A stretch of DNA of 64,000 nucleotides. Source: Octopus vulgaris. Lineage: Eukaryota. A model generated the notes under the pieces. That model was given only the letters and a program-made list of their open reading frames with translations. It was not told the DNA's origin and did not search any database. Location: NCBI GenBank assembly GCA_951406725.2, contig OX597814.1:69688001-69752000 (forward strand), in the 5' to 3' direction. Shown piece by piece: positions 11,715-24,479 of this stretch; the first letter of the stretch is position 1, and the number at the start of each line of letters is the position of its first letter. The position numbers and the translations under genes were made by a program.

Positions 11715-11863
11715 TCATCATCATCATCATCATCGTTTAGCGTCCGTTTTCCATGCTAGCATGGGTTGGACGGTTCTACTGGGGTCTGTGAAGCCAGAAG
11801 GCTTCATCAGGCCCAGTCAAATCTGGCAGTGTTTTTACGGCTGGATGCCCTTCCTAACGCCAA
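11715..11863 (-). mobile_element. RTE LINE extreme 3' end
   Basis: (ATC)n tail plus cgtttagcgtccgttttccatgctagcatgggttggacgg, the reverse complement of the RTE 3' terminus. Confidence 0.85.
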
Positions 11864-12779
11864 ATATATATGCACATATATATATATATATGCATATATA
11901 TGTACATATATATGCATATATATATGCATATATAATTATTAATATTAGGGAAGTTATTTCCAAGTCCACAGGGGAGAGAAAATTCAATTTAGCGGTACTG
12001 AAATGAATTTCTCGCTGTATTATGAACAACATATTTGAAAGCCATGGGTTTCCTGTGATAGGAGTGGAGGAGCTTCACTCTGTTGTTCAGTCTCTAATCA
12101 AAGTTCAGCATCAAAAACAGGGAGTCTAATGTTGGGGTGCCTAGTGGGGTAATCTATAGTTACCTTGATACTTTGGTGGGTGGAGTTAGTTACTTGCTAG
12201 ATGCTCTCTATTATGTTCCTCTCAGTTTCTACACTACCATTACTAGAGTTGGTCTTAATTAGGATATTAATGCCGTCTATATACCTACTGTAAAGTAAAA
12301 GTGTTGTGGACTGTTCTGCCCCATCAGTTCATGAAGAGGCCGGCCACATCTCCAGCTACACTGACACCAATGGCTGCACCTTGAATCTGCATGTATAAAT
12401 TCTTGTTAAACTTTACCCTGTGGTTCTTCAATGTGGTTCTTACACTACCCCCTATTGCTTGTGCAATCATTCTTACACATACACTACACTACACACAAGG
12501 ACACATATGGAGACACACATCCACACATGGAGACACAAATCCATAAACACAGACACAGTACAGTCACAAAAGCCATACACACACATATCCAGACACACTC
12601 AGACATGCACACACACACGCATAAAAACACATGAATATGCAGAATACATACAAATGTACACACATACATACGCACACATACACAGAGACACATGCATGCA
12701 TGCTTAATCAATGTTGTTATCGTGCAATGCCTGTGCAAGAAGATTTTTTTTAAAGTGAGGAAAGGCTGTGCACAGATTC

Positions 12780-13212
12780 AATCCCACTCACTAAGCAACA
12801 GCAGCCATAATCTGAAAAGAAGAACAAGTCAACATCATCGGTAACCACTGAGCCGCAGGTTTTATGTTGGAGTTATCCCAGTTTTCTGAGTTACCTTCTC
12901 CTAGAAGGATGCCCTAACAAAGGCTAGGAGTCCTTCACTCCCAATGGTTTAACCGCGCGATCGGGTATTCAGTCCAATTATTTCTATGTCCCAGCGCATG
13001 ATACAGCCTTAAGGCATTTATTGGATGGCCGTTGACTCTCAAGAGTTCCTCCGCCCTTTGACGTGTTTTGTTTTTCATCCCGCAAGGTGTCCAATAAACA
13101 CCCTCCTCACCAAGAAAGCTTGGTGGGGTTGCTGGTTTAGTTGCCAACGACTTCACCATGCAACAGGTTGTACTGGGTTACATGTTACCAGTAGCACTCG
13201 AAAGTGACCTGA
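12780..13212 (-). mobile_element. Structured repeat resembling an RTE 5'UTR
   Basis: Minus strand contains ctcctagcctttgttagggcatccttctaggagaaggtaactc, which I recognise as RTE 5'-like, plus several hairpins. Abuts a (CATA)n tract. Confidence 0.4.
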
Positions 13213-13262
13213 CATACATACATACATACATACATACATACATACATACATACATACATACA

Positions 13263-13298
<36 letters not shown>

Positions 13299-13301
13299 TA
13301 T
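13213..13301. repeat. (CATA)n then (TA)n microsatellite
   Basis: Direct reading. Confidence 0.95.
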
Positions 13302-13977
13302 GCTCCCAAACAAGCAAACAAAAAGAATGCAGCTTGGATAATGGACAGAGTCAACAAGAATTGTAAACGTTGCAAGATGCATAGAAAATTTTAGGAAAAA
13401 TAAATAAGTAAATGAGTGGAAACTTTACCAGCGAGTGTGTTAAATAAGGTACTAAAAGAGAATGACTCTCCCCAGACACAACAAAATATGCTTCAACACA
13501 CAAACTCACATAAAGAATCTTGTAAACCAAATCCCAAAACGAAATATATCATTCAATAATGGTAGTGGCTGAATATATTTTTAAGTTCACCATTTCGTCA
13601 ATTGCAGCAGCTTCCAAGCTTCACCACTAATTTAGTTCTCAACTAAATTGCTCCACTTTGGCATAAATAGTTTGAGATTTGGATCAGTAGAAAAATAGTT
13701 ACATCAAAATATCTGCGACCTCAAAGGAGACAGTAAGGCAGATATTCATCTTCAATTAACATAAATTTTTGAATTTTAAATTATAAGTATACCTTCCTTA
13801 GGCTTAAATGATAGAAAAATGCAAGAGGAATTCAGAATCGCTAGTCGCTATGAACAAAAATTAGTAGAAAAAGAGTTATGAGGTAAAATATTACAAAATT
13901 TCATGTCAGTAAGTAAGGGAGTAATGCTTAAGCAATAAGAATAAAGAATATATTTCTAAAATGAATGCTTAATTTCT

Positions 13978-14085
13978 AAGGTGGTGAGCTGGCAGAAACG
14001 TTAGCACGCCAGGCAACAATGCTTAATAGTATTTTGTCTGTCTTTATGATTTTGAGTTCAAACTTCGCCGAGGTCGACTTTCATG
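13978..14085 (+). mobile_element. tRNA-derived SINE family B, 5' part
   Basis: ggtgagctggcagaaacgttagc (A-box-like) ... gagttcaaact (B-box-like). Homologous to 37131-37345 and 22122-22322. Confidence 0.65.
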
Positions 14086-15409
14086 TACAGATTATTTAAT
14101 TAATTTTTTTTAACTAAACACTTTCAAACTTCCGATACTGGTAGAATGTGTCACATAGAACAGTGTTTATTTTTAATGTTTTTGACAACATTTTGTATTT
14201 TAGAAGTTATTTCGTCAGAAGTTACAGAGTGACAATAGACAAATTTGTGTTTCATAAGTACCAATACACAAAACTCTCAGCTTTTGACTTACTCTCCAAC
14301 TTCTGCCGATGATATATATATACATATAACATATATGTGTAAAAATCTCTCATCACGCAATTGAACCAATGAAAGAGCCTCTACCTGGTCGCTCGGCATG
14401 CTAAAAATAGCAGCCAAAGTATTCCCCTACCTAAATCACATGCCTATTGTATGTAATGTCCTAGATTATCCCTAAAAAGACGGTTTGCTGAAGGCTGGAA
14501 TGTCTTTGATGATACGTTTGCAGTATCAAGGTTTATTTGAAGCTAAATAACATTATGGTCAATTTCTATATTAACACCTGCATGATTTTCACTAAGAAAG
14601 AAAAAAAATTTGCTTTTTTGCATGGAATCAAGTACCCTGATTTCCTAATATACTGCAAATCCTTTATTTTGCTTCAGAAAAAATTAGATGGTGGTGGTTC
14701 TCTCCCAATCCCAGAATCATTGGAAATTTTTTTCGTTGAATTCCTGTGACCTCCTAATATTGCAAAATTAGGTTACTTAAGGTGAGCCTGACAAATGATG
14801 GTTTTGGGGTCTTGTTGATTGTAACTTTTGGTGAGCCATGGTGCAACCAACAACATGGTAAAAATCCCTGCCATTAATTAGGTGTGGATGGGTAATATCA
14901 AATAATTCAATCACAACATATATTTAAATTAAACACACAAAAAATTGAAATATTATCTTTCAGTATTTTATATGGTAAAATCTTAAATTATTAATTATCT
15001 TATAACAGCAATGCCTGGAAAAATCATGGATTACTTGGAAAAATGCAAGCATGAAAAACCATATTCTTAAGATTATAAACCTGGAAAAGTACAAGACAAG
15101 TTATTACACCTGTAAAAATATAGGACAAGCTGTTACTTCTAGTAAAGTAAAGAATAAGAAACTTTTTACTTAAAATATTGCAGCTAAAATTAAAATTTGA
15201 ATATTAAAACTTATTCTATTATAGTTTACATATAACACTATACTTATTTAAGCAGAATTTGGCTAATTTACTACCTTAAATGCAAAAAAAGTGACTAATT
15301 AGACAAACTTACAAATCAGCTGAACAGTTTTGTACAATAGATTTAAAACATGAGAACTGTAAAGGGTGATAAATTAGAAGAGTGCGTTAAATTATAAGAC
15401 ACAAAAATA

Positions 15410-16515
15410 AAATGACTCTCCCCAGACACAACAGAACATATATTTATATGTACACATGCAAACACCAGATAAAAACGTGCTCATAAATGTTCTTCTCGAC
15501 AAGTATGCATACATCAATATGTACACATATAAATGCAAGAATGTACATACTCATGTTCCCCAACCATCCATATGCACACAGACCCATATTTGCGTCTTAA
15601 ACACATACATATATACAGCAAGTACTAATGTACATGTATTCACACATGTAGACACACACACACTCATACAAATGATGTACACACAGCTGATACATGCATC
15701 CACATATTCGCACATATGAGTATTCACACATGGCTGATATGCACCAACACTCATATGTACACACACCAAAGAGCTGATGCCACCTACCTGCCACCTTATA
15801 CCCTCTACACACATATGAATAGCAGATACATATACATAGACACCCACATCTACACACTCATACAGCTGGTATACACACACACTCATACAGCTGGTATACA
15901 CACACACACACACATACACTCTTGCTGGTGATGGATGTTATGTCCTGCAAATTCCTTCAAAAACTGGCCAGACAGCATGATGTCATCAGCTTCCTCTTCA
16001 GCTATTCAGTTCAAGAAATTCCACTTTTTCATGCATTTTGTTTCACTGGACTCACTTCTAATAACACCATATGATCTGCCTTGACCAATAGCAGCCCAGT
16101 TTCTGACAGTCACCTCAGACTTCCTCCATTTAGCTGAGTCCAATGAGCTAGGTTTCTGTAAGGAGCCTACAAAACTTGAAGCTGTATGGGACCAAATCAA
16201 ACTTCTTTAAATGACAATATATGTAACTCATACTAAATGTGCTGAATGTCTATTACTTTTGTTTGTCCACTCACCCCTACAAGTGCTCCTGACCCTGTTG
16301 AGTTCCACCCACAAATGTCTGATAGAGAGACAACCACCACTGTACTCATAGAAAAACAGATACCACCAAGGATACCCTGGTTCATGACAATTCCTTTTGA
16401 GTGAAGAAAGAAGGCAATCCACTGTTCAACATTTTTATGGGAAACTGTGATGAGGCTAAAACTAGAAACCTCATCAGGCTATCTTGGATATCCTCAAGGA
16501 AAGCAAGAAATTATT
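15410..16515. mobile_element. Fragments of the PLE family at 17780-20300
   Basis: 16375-16505 is homologous to 18468-18595 (VKKEGNPLFNIFMGN), and 15420-15720 is homologous to 19955-20250. Confidence 0.55.
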
Positions 16516-16518
16516 TTA

Positions 16519-17780
16519 GGTGCAGCAATGTCAAAGGAAGGCTAACTAGGAATATAGTTTTTGTATGTGGTAGATGCTCTGGTGCAATAAACACTGAAAA
16601 TGCGCAGAGACCATCTTCCGCCACATTCCAGGGAGAAAAACTTGAAATAGTTGATAGTTTCCATTACCTAGGTGACCAAGTCAGTAGCGGGGGCGGGTGT
16701 GCCGAAAGTGTAACTGCTAGAGTAAGAATAGCCTGGGCAAAGTTCAGAGAGCTCTTACCTCTGCTGGTGACAAAAGGCCTCTCGCTCAGAATAAAAGGCA
16801 GACTGTATGACGCATGTGTGCGAACAGCCATGCTACATGGCAGTGAAACATGGGCCGTGACTGCTGAGGATATGCGTAAGCTCGCAAGAAATGAAGCCAG
16901 TATGCTCCGTTGGATGTGTAATGTCAGTGTTCATACCCGACAGAGTGTAAGTGCCTTGAGAGGAAAGTTGGACCTAAGAAGTATCAGATGTGGTGTGCAA
17001 GAGAGACGTCTACGCTGGTATGGACACGTAGTAAGAATGTATGAAGATAGTTGTGTGAAAAAGAGCCACACCCTTGCGGTTGAGGGAACCTGTGGAAGAG
17101 GTAGACCCAGGAAAACCTGGGACGAGGTGGTGAAGAATGACCTTCGCTCTATAGGTCTCACCGAGGAAATGACCAGAGACCGAGACCTTTGGAAGTATGC
17201 TGTGCGCGAGAAGACCCGGCAAGACAAGTGAGGCCATAACCCATGGCCCCTACCTGGGACGTAGTCAGTCCACCTGTGCATACCTTCCTTCTTGGGACAC
17301 ATAACTCTACTTGTGAAGACCTGTTGAGGCAAGTGAAAATCAAAAATCAAAGAATCAAATCAAAATCGATGAACATCAATGGAATTTGTAGTTTTGTGGT
17401 ACCAGTGCCGGTGGCACATAAGAAAACCATCCGAACGTGGCTGTAGCCAATACCGCATCAACTGACCTCCGTGCTGGTGGCACGTAACAAACACCATCCG
17501 ATCATGGCCGTGCCAGCCTCGCCTGGCCTCCGTGCCGGTGGCACATAAAAAACACCATCCGAGCATGGCCGTTCGCCAGCCTCGTCTGGCACCTGTGTCA
17601 GTGGCACATAAAAAGCACCCACTACACTCACGGAGTGGTTGGCGTTAGAAAGGGCATCCTGCTGTAGAAACACTGCCAGATCTGACTGGCCTGGTGCCAC
17701 CTTCGGGCTTCCCAGACCCCCAGTTGAACCGTCCAACCCATGCTAGCATGGAAAGTGGACGTTAAACGATGATGATGATG
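16519..17780 (+). mobile_element. RTE-clade LINE, 5'-truncated
   Basis: Open frame to 17231 (DSFHYLG...RIAWAKFREL...RRLRWYGHV...GRGRPRKTW). 3'UTR with about 4 repeat units and a (GAT)n tail. Confidence 0.92.
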
Positions 17781-20300
17781 CAGCTCATGGAGAAAACTGA
17801 AAGCATCATCAAGCAAATGCACTGGGAGGCATTCTTCTTTGAGACTCCATCCATCATTACACCCACAGACAAGTTCAGCTTAAAATCTTGAAAGTACCCT
17901 CAAGGCAAAAATTAAGTAATCACATAACGTACACATCCTTGCAGACAAAACAACATTTATGAAACAAGCATTTCCACATATACAAGGCTTGTCACAAACA
18001 CAATCACCAAGACATACAAGAAAACTAGCACCTCCACATACAATGACACAAATACAGAAGGAGCTAGCCATTCTTCTTAATATAGAGGATTGTGTGAACA
18101 ATGTTTCCATATGACCCCCACCATATTACACTTAAGAATCAGAAACCCAATTTCCTCTCCAACTCCAAATGCAGGTTGATCAACCCTTCTAAGAGCAAGA
18201 TAGGCATTGTCAGTAAGCAAATTCTTGATACTATCAACTCAAATATTAGAAGGTCTCAGGGCTGATTCAATTGGATTTCAGCACAGCTGTGATCAACTGG
18301 TTCCATGGTATTGAGAATAAATCAGCCTGCAGATTCACAGTTTGATATCATGGACTTCTACCCTTCTATATCGAAATCTCTTCTTCTGAAGTCCCTGGAT
18401 TTTGGTAGACAATTTGCCAATATATATGACCTTGATGTCAGAATCATCATGAATGTCAGAAAGTCGATCCTGGTTCATAATGATTCCTTCTGAGTGAAGA
18501 AAGGTGATCCACTGTTTAACATTTCTATGGGAAACTATGATAGGGCTGTGATTGCCAACATCATCAGACTATTTTAGATACTCTCATGAGAAACAAACAT
18601 TCACACATGTCAGCACATTACAGGGACAACAGCCTTGCAATCTAAGCCATTTGAATGGTCATGCCATAGAGAAGTTTAGGAAGGACCTCATAAAAATATT
18701 TTAAAAAATTTGGCCATAACAGTTACTATTAACGTCAACCATAGTTGACTTCTTAGACCTGGAAATGGACAAGTACTACCCTTACAGAAAGTCCAAACAG
18801 GAATCTGTGTACATCTACAGAAGCTTGAATAATCCCCCACTGTAATTAGAAACTTAGTTTCAAGCATTAGCAGAAAAATCTCAGTTTTCAGCCAATAGGG
18901 AGATATTCAACAGGGCCACCCAACACTCTACAATGAGACATTAGCAAGGAGCAGATTTTCAGAGAAGTTAGCATATATGGAGGACCCAAAACCTCCACCT
19001 CTATACCCAAAGAAGACCAGAAAGAGAAAGAAAATGTGGTTCAACCCGCCATGTAACCTAGAAGTTTCCAACATCACAACTAGGAGCTTTCTGTCATTTA
19101 TTATGAAGCATTTCTCCAAGGACCATAAGTACTATAAACTTTTCAACTCACATAACATCAACATCACTTCAAACATTGCACACTACAATAGTTACAAACT
19201 TACACCCACACAACCTGTAATTTCCAAAACCCTACCAGCAACCAGCCAGGAGGATCTTGCCTCTCAAGGGCTGTAGTCCACAGAGCCACCTTCACACCAT
19301 CCAAAAGCACCACAAGGCACAACATAGGCATGACATCCAATGACTTCAAGGGAAGGTACACACAGCATATAGATTCACTTCAATGCAGGGATAGAGAGAA
19401 TTCCACCTCTTTGTCTCATTTCCTCTGGAGATTTTGTGACCTCCAGAGTGAAACCCCCAACATCGAATAAACCATTGTCAACAAAACTCCACCTTACTCA
19501 CTTGATACCCACAATTGCTAGTTCTGTCTCCACAAAAGAGTGCATATTCTCCATCAACCTGCAGTATCTATCAACAGGTAATATGAACTATCTTATTGCT
19601 GTCATCAAAAGTACACCCCCTAGTGAACTTCAAACCACCGGCAGCAGGCAACCCAGATATACCACCTTAACATTGATTATACTTCAACACTGGCTACCCC
19701 ATAATCAAGAGCAGGGCTCCCATTCACTGATGGCTGCACAGACCACAGGCTTACCTTCCAAACTTATGCATACCCTGTAACATCTGGGAGACATAGGGTA
19801 CATGCACACACACACTCACTTGCACATACATCTATGTACATATGCTTTTCTTCTTTTTCTTTCTTCCCTTAAGACTATCAAGCCTCAATTCCATGCCAAA
19901 CCCCCTCGTGCCATCAGTAACACTATTGCAATTACACTAAGATGCACCAGCCAAGCTCACACAACATGAATATATATGTATACAGACACACATCAGTTAA
20001 AAGTATGCATGCATACGTGTTCTTTCAGACAAATATGCACACATCCATATATACACATATAAATACAAGAATGTACACGCTCATGTTCACCAATCATCCA
20101 TTCACACATACAACCCCACACACACTTGCATCTTAAACACATGTACACACATACACACAGATAAAATAGGAACTAATGCACATGTATTTACACACACACC
20201 CATACAGCTGATATACACAGCTAACTCTTATAGCCACATATTCACACACACAGGTACTAACATGGGTCAGCAGCAGTTCATTGCAACTTCATAACTGGAT
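17780..20300 (+). mobile_element. Decayed Penelope-like element (RT plus GIY-YIG)
   Basis: FDIMDFYPSISKSLL (RT), FNISMGNYD, RKRKKMWFNPP, and a GIY-YIG-like region near 19320-19440. Many stops and frameshifts. Confidence 0.75.
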
Positions 20301-20454
20301 TTTGTGTGCAACTATCTACAGATACAGGATGACAATGCTAAGCAAAGATGTGTATAAATACAAATTTGTTACCAGTTCAAATATGCTTGAGACACATTCA
20401 AATCCATAAGAAAACCATTCACCTAGCTTTGTCATGAAAAAAATTTGAGATTCA

Positions 20455-21545
20455 TCAGTATAGAGGAGCTCCAATGAACAACTAGTTTTAAAATTTCTCT
20501 TTTATGGCTTGGAGGAATATGATAACCAAGTGGGAGCTGAGAAATGAGCCCTGGTCAACTCCTACCTGAAAGCTAAATTTATTTTTATACTCATAGCTGA
20601 CTTTCATTTTACTGACAATATCCCTGGACACTGTTTGGATGGCTCTTACCAGCCATTCATCTACCCTTAGCTTCTGATGCAACCACTAAATGAGAGAGTA
20701 AGTGACTCTGTCTAAGACTTTATTCAAGTCAACAAAAGCCAAGTATAGTAGTTTATTTTCAGCTTAATGTTTCTCCTGTATTTCCTTACTAGGAAGGGAG
20801 CATCTGTAGTGCTTCTTCCTCCCACAAAACCAAACAGCATCTCATCTAGGCTAACTCTCTCCTTAATTAGTTGAACTAACATTTTCTGTTAATTTCAAGA
20901 CCTGGTCTTACAATCTGATACCTCTGTAATTACTTCTGTCTGAGATGTATACTTTACCTTTGTAGCAACTGACTATGATGCTACTACACCAGTCATTGAA
21001 TATGACAATCTTTCTGTACAACACTATATCCCACTCCACAAGATATTTTAGGCATACTTGATGTACCAGAGTCTTTCCTTTTCTCCATATCCTTAATTAC
21101 TTAGTCTATTGTTTAACTGTCAATTTGGATAACTAGTCCCTCTGTTGGGTCCACATTAGGAAGATTCTCCTTCTCCTATGCATTCTCCACATTTTGTAGA
21201 CTTTTATAGTGGAACTTCGATACCTTTCTTTCAAGAACCATTAACTGCAAGTGTACCATATTCCATCCATACACACTTCTTTCCTACAACATCATAACTT
21301 TCTCTGATGCATTGTGTTGCAATGTGGAACACCTCATACCACAAAATATTAGCAAACCTCTTCCTTTCTGTCTCATCTCTAGCTAAATATACCTATCACC
21401 TAGCTTCTTTTCTAGCTATCTTGTAGAGTTATCTGCTACCCCCATTCTACCAGTCCTCCCATGCCTGTGTTTTTGCTTTTATAACTTCATCTACTTCATT
21501 GTTCTACCACCGTGTCACTCTTTATGTCCGAAACTTTACACCAAC
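20455..21545 (-). mobile_element. Decayed RTE LINE RT fragment
   Basis: ORF 20488-20682 (KLRVDEWLVRAIQ...VGVDQGSFLS), homologous to 54850-55900. Confidence 0.8.
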
Positions 21546-22121
21546 TGCAAATTCCAATAACCTTGTTCCCTCTTTATTTTGGGAACCAACTCCATTTCTT
21601 CCATGTACATCATGGAAGCCACCAGGATACTGTCTAACATACTCACTAAAGTTACCAACCAAGATAATCAAGTCAATGTCATTTGTCATTGATGTAGTCA
21701 TTGTTTGTCTAGCATTACCAGTTGAGGAACATGGATAGAGATAATAGTTGCCGTTGTATATTGTATGACTAGTCTAAGCGTAAGTATCTTATGTTGATCA
21801 CTTGATCCATCCATTTCTCAACTAAAAGTATGCTCACACTATTGCCTTCCCAGAAGATTTTATACCTATGTTCTTTGCCTATGATGAGTTTGGCTGAGGT
21901 TCTCCTAACTTACTTCATGCATGCAGCACATATCTATGTACCTCCTTTAAACAGTCTCACCTGACCTGTTTTTCCATGTGCCTACATTGACTCTAAGGAT
22001 GCAAATGGGATGGAAAGAGTGAGCAGGAATCCATGGGACAGTATTCAGATCCTGAAAAGGAGAAGGTTTGCAAGGACATTTGCCTGAAGGTATATTGGTT
22101 ACGCAAATGAAATATTACCTT

Positions 22122-22322
22122 CAAATTTTGGCACAAGGCCAGCAATTTTGGGGGAGGGGCAAGTCGATTGCATTGACCCCAGTACTCAACTGGTACATAC
22201 AATCCTGAGAGGATGAAAGGGAAAGTCAACCCTGGCTGAATTTGAATACAGAATGTAAAGATGGATAAAATGCCACTAAACATTTTGTCTGGTGTGCTAA
22301 CAATTCTGCCAGCTCACTGCCG
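22122..22322 (-). mobile_element. tRNA-derived SINE family B
   Basis: Reverse complement of the family at 37131-37345. Confidence 0.65.
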
Positions 22323-24290
22323 TACACAAATCAAGTATTATCACTCATCTGAACCACCATTTGCTCATATCCTGAAATATTCAAGGCCACATAGTTATAG
22401 AAAGAAGGAAGGGTTGAGGGAGAGAAGAAAAAAAGAGAAAATTGGGAAAGAAAGGTCTAATGTAAATCTAGCATTATGATGGTGTGGGAAAGGGGGTAGG
22501 TGACATGGAGAAATATGGTGAAAAGATAGTAACAGCAGGTTATTAAGTCTCAATTGTTTGCCATGGTGAAAATACTCACTTTACGCAAAAACGTTTAAAC
22601 ACACAAAGTGAGTTATGAGTTATCTTTATGGACTGGTAGATGTATTTCAAGCTTTTTTGTTATCTTTTCAGTACCAGATACCAAGTGGAGCAATTCTAAA
22701 CTGACTGGAAGACTTATCTTTCTTATAAGAAATCAGTAAAAGTATCTACTGACTGCAAGCTTCAGCTGCCAAGCTGGTTCAGATATGTTTGGGACACATT
22801 TGTGCTCTCTTCAATACCAGTTACTAAGCAGGGAAAACTGACTGAAAGGCTTAGTTGATAACTGATTGAATGCTTCAGCCTGATGTGGTAAACCACAGTG
22901 AATATGGAACTATGTTAGTGTCCAGGTCACAGTTAGTGACACAAAAATTTTGACACCAAATAGTGACAGTTTAAGTGGAGTTAATGGTTTTGTGTGTTTT
23001 GAATGACTAATATTTGTATTTCAAGCTGGAATTGTTTTATCACAATATTACAGTGAGTTGTATAAAAATTTCTTGATTTTTCCATTATCTTTTACCAGGA
23101 TATTAAAACTATGTCTCAGCCTACTTAAAACAGCATAAATCTAATCTCTTATACCAACTTTTAATTCTCTTATTGTCAGTCACTTCTTCCTCCATTTTTA
23201 TACTCTAGACAATGTGATAAAACATTTCCTGGCCAAAATCTTAACATACTGAGAAAATTGGATTTTAGATTGTAATTAATGACTCAGATAAAAGAACCAA
23301 GAAGTAGATAACCTGGGAACAGTTTGCAAAGGTGCAAATATCAATGTTATACTGCTTGATACTTAGCATGATACCCTTTTACCTGCAAAACAACAGCAAT
23401 GTGGTCTGGCATATCTTTGACCTAATTTTTGAGAAATCATGTGTTATTTCTTGTGTCTAAAACTGCAGTGTCTTCTGTATTAAATGCAAAATGGTGAAGC
23501 ATTATAAGTTGGAATTTTGTTTATGATCTCATACATTTTCTCTAGTTCTCAGGAAAGGAGATAATTGAGAGCATTTATCCAATAGCTCCAAGCTAGTCTT
23601 TCATGCATTTTTCATTATGGCAGAGTGTACCATTCTGCTGGAATATAGAGTAGTTTTAAGTAATCATATGAATAGACAACTTCTTCAGATTATCCACTTT
23701 TTAAAGTTTATGTTCATATCTTGGGGTATTATCAAAACATTGGCAGAAATGGCTCCTTATATCATAATAGATAGGCATTGCTTAGCTCTTAAAGTCCACT
23801 GCTATGTAAAGCAACAATTTAAAGCATTTTTCATGTGACTATTCAAAGAGTTTCATTTACCTTGCATGAATGAAATTATAAAATATTTTCATTGATAATA
23901 TGTAATCAAAATTAATTAGCTTTTTCACTTTCAAATATTTAGTCATATATATAAATGTAAACACCAACATCTCACAATGATCTGAGTTTACTTCTGGTTT
24001 CATTATAGCCAATTATTATTTAAATCATCAATAAAAATATCAAATTGGTAAATATGAATTGCCAAAAAAAACCCCAAAAAATAAATTTAAGTTATCAGTG
24101 TTGTTTTTGATCATTTATTTACACTTGTTACACCTGTGTAATTTAGTATTTTTAAGTTTAATTATCTAATTTAATTTATAAAGAACCCTTATTTATTAAT
24201 AATGCTGTTATGATATATTCAGGTTCCATATTAGTTAAGAAGATATCAAGCAACATAGGAAATAACTTTCTATGCAAAGATATAGCTTAC

Positions 24291-24417
24291 CTCCAGGTCA
24301 AAGTTAACTGCAACTAACTTGTTTGTATAATCTCTTGTTATTAAAGGCTGTTCCAAGTTGAATTCACAGATTTTATCAACATTGTTTGCCCATTTCTCAA
24401 AGCACTGTTTTTCAAAT
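24291..24417 (-). CDS. Axonemal dynein beta heavy chain (DNAH9/11/17 class), exon 6 of 6 seen, 127 bp, phase 2 to 0
   Basis: atttcag|A TTT GAA...CTG GAG|gtaagc. Encodes FEKQCFEKWANNVDKICEFNLEQPLITRDYTNKLVAVNFDLE, matching the NLxQPL..R.......VNF motif of the dynein N-terminal region. Confidence 0.9.
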
Positions 24418-24479
24418 CTGAAATATGGAAGGATCATGTCATTAGCCAGCAATAAAGGCACCAATAACACAACTGATTT

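Noticed and set aside
13595-13695. Hairpin-containing block with CTGAT and GGAAGCTG on the minus strand
   Set aside because: Too degenerate to call a ribozyme.
14570-14700. Possible next dynein exon (LQYIRKSGYLIP on the minus strand)
   Set aside because: Weak resemblance to the expected VLREVKYL-type motif and no convincing continuation.
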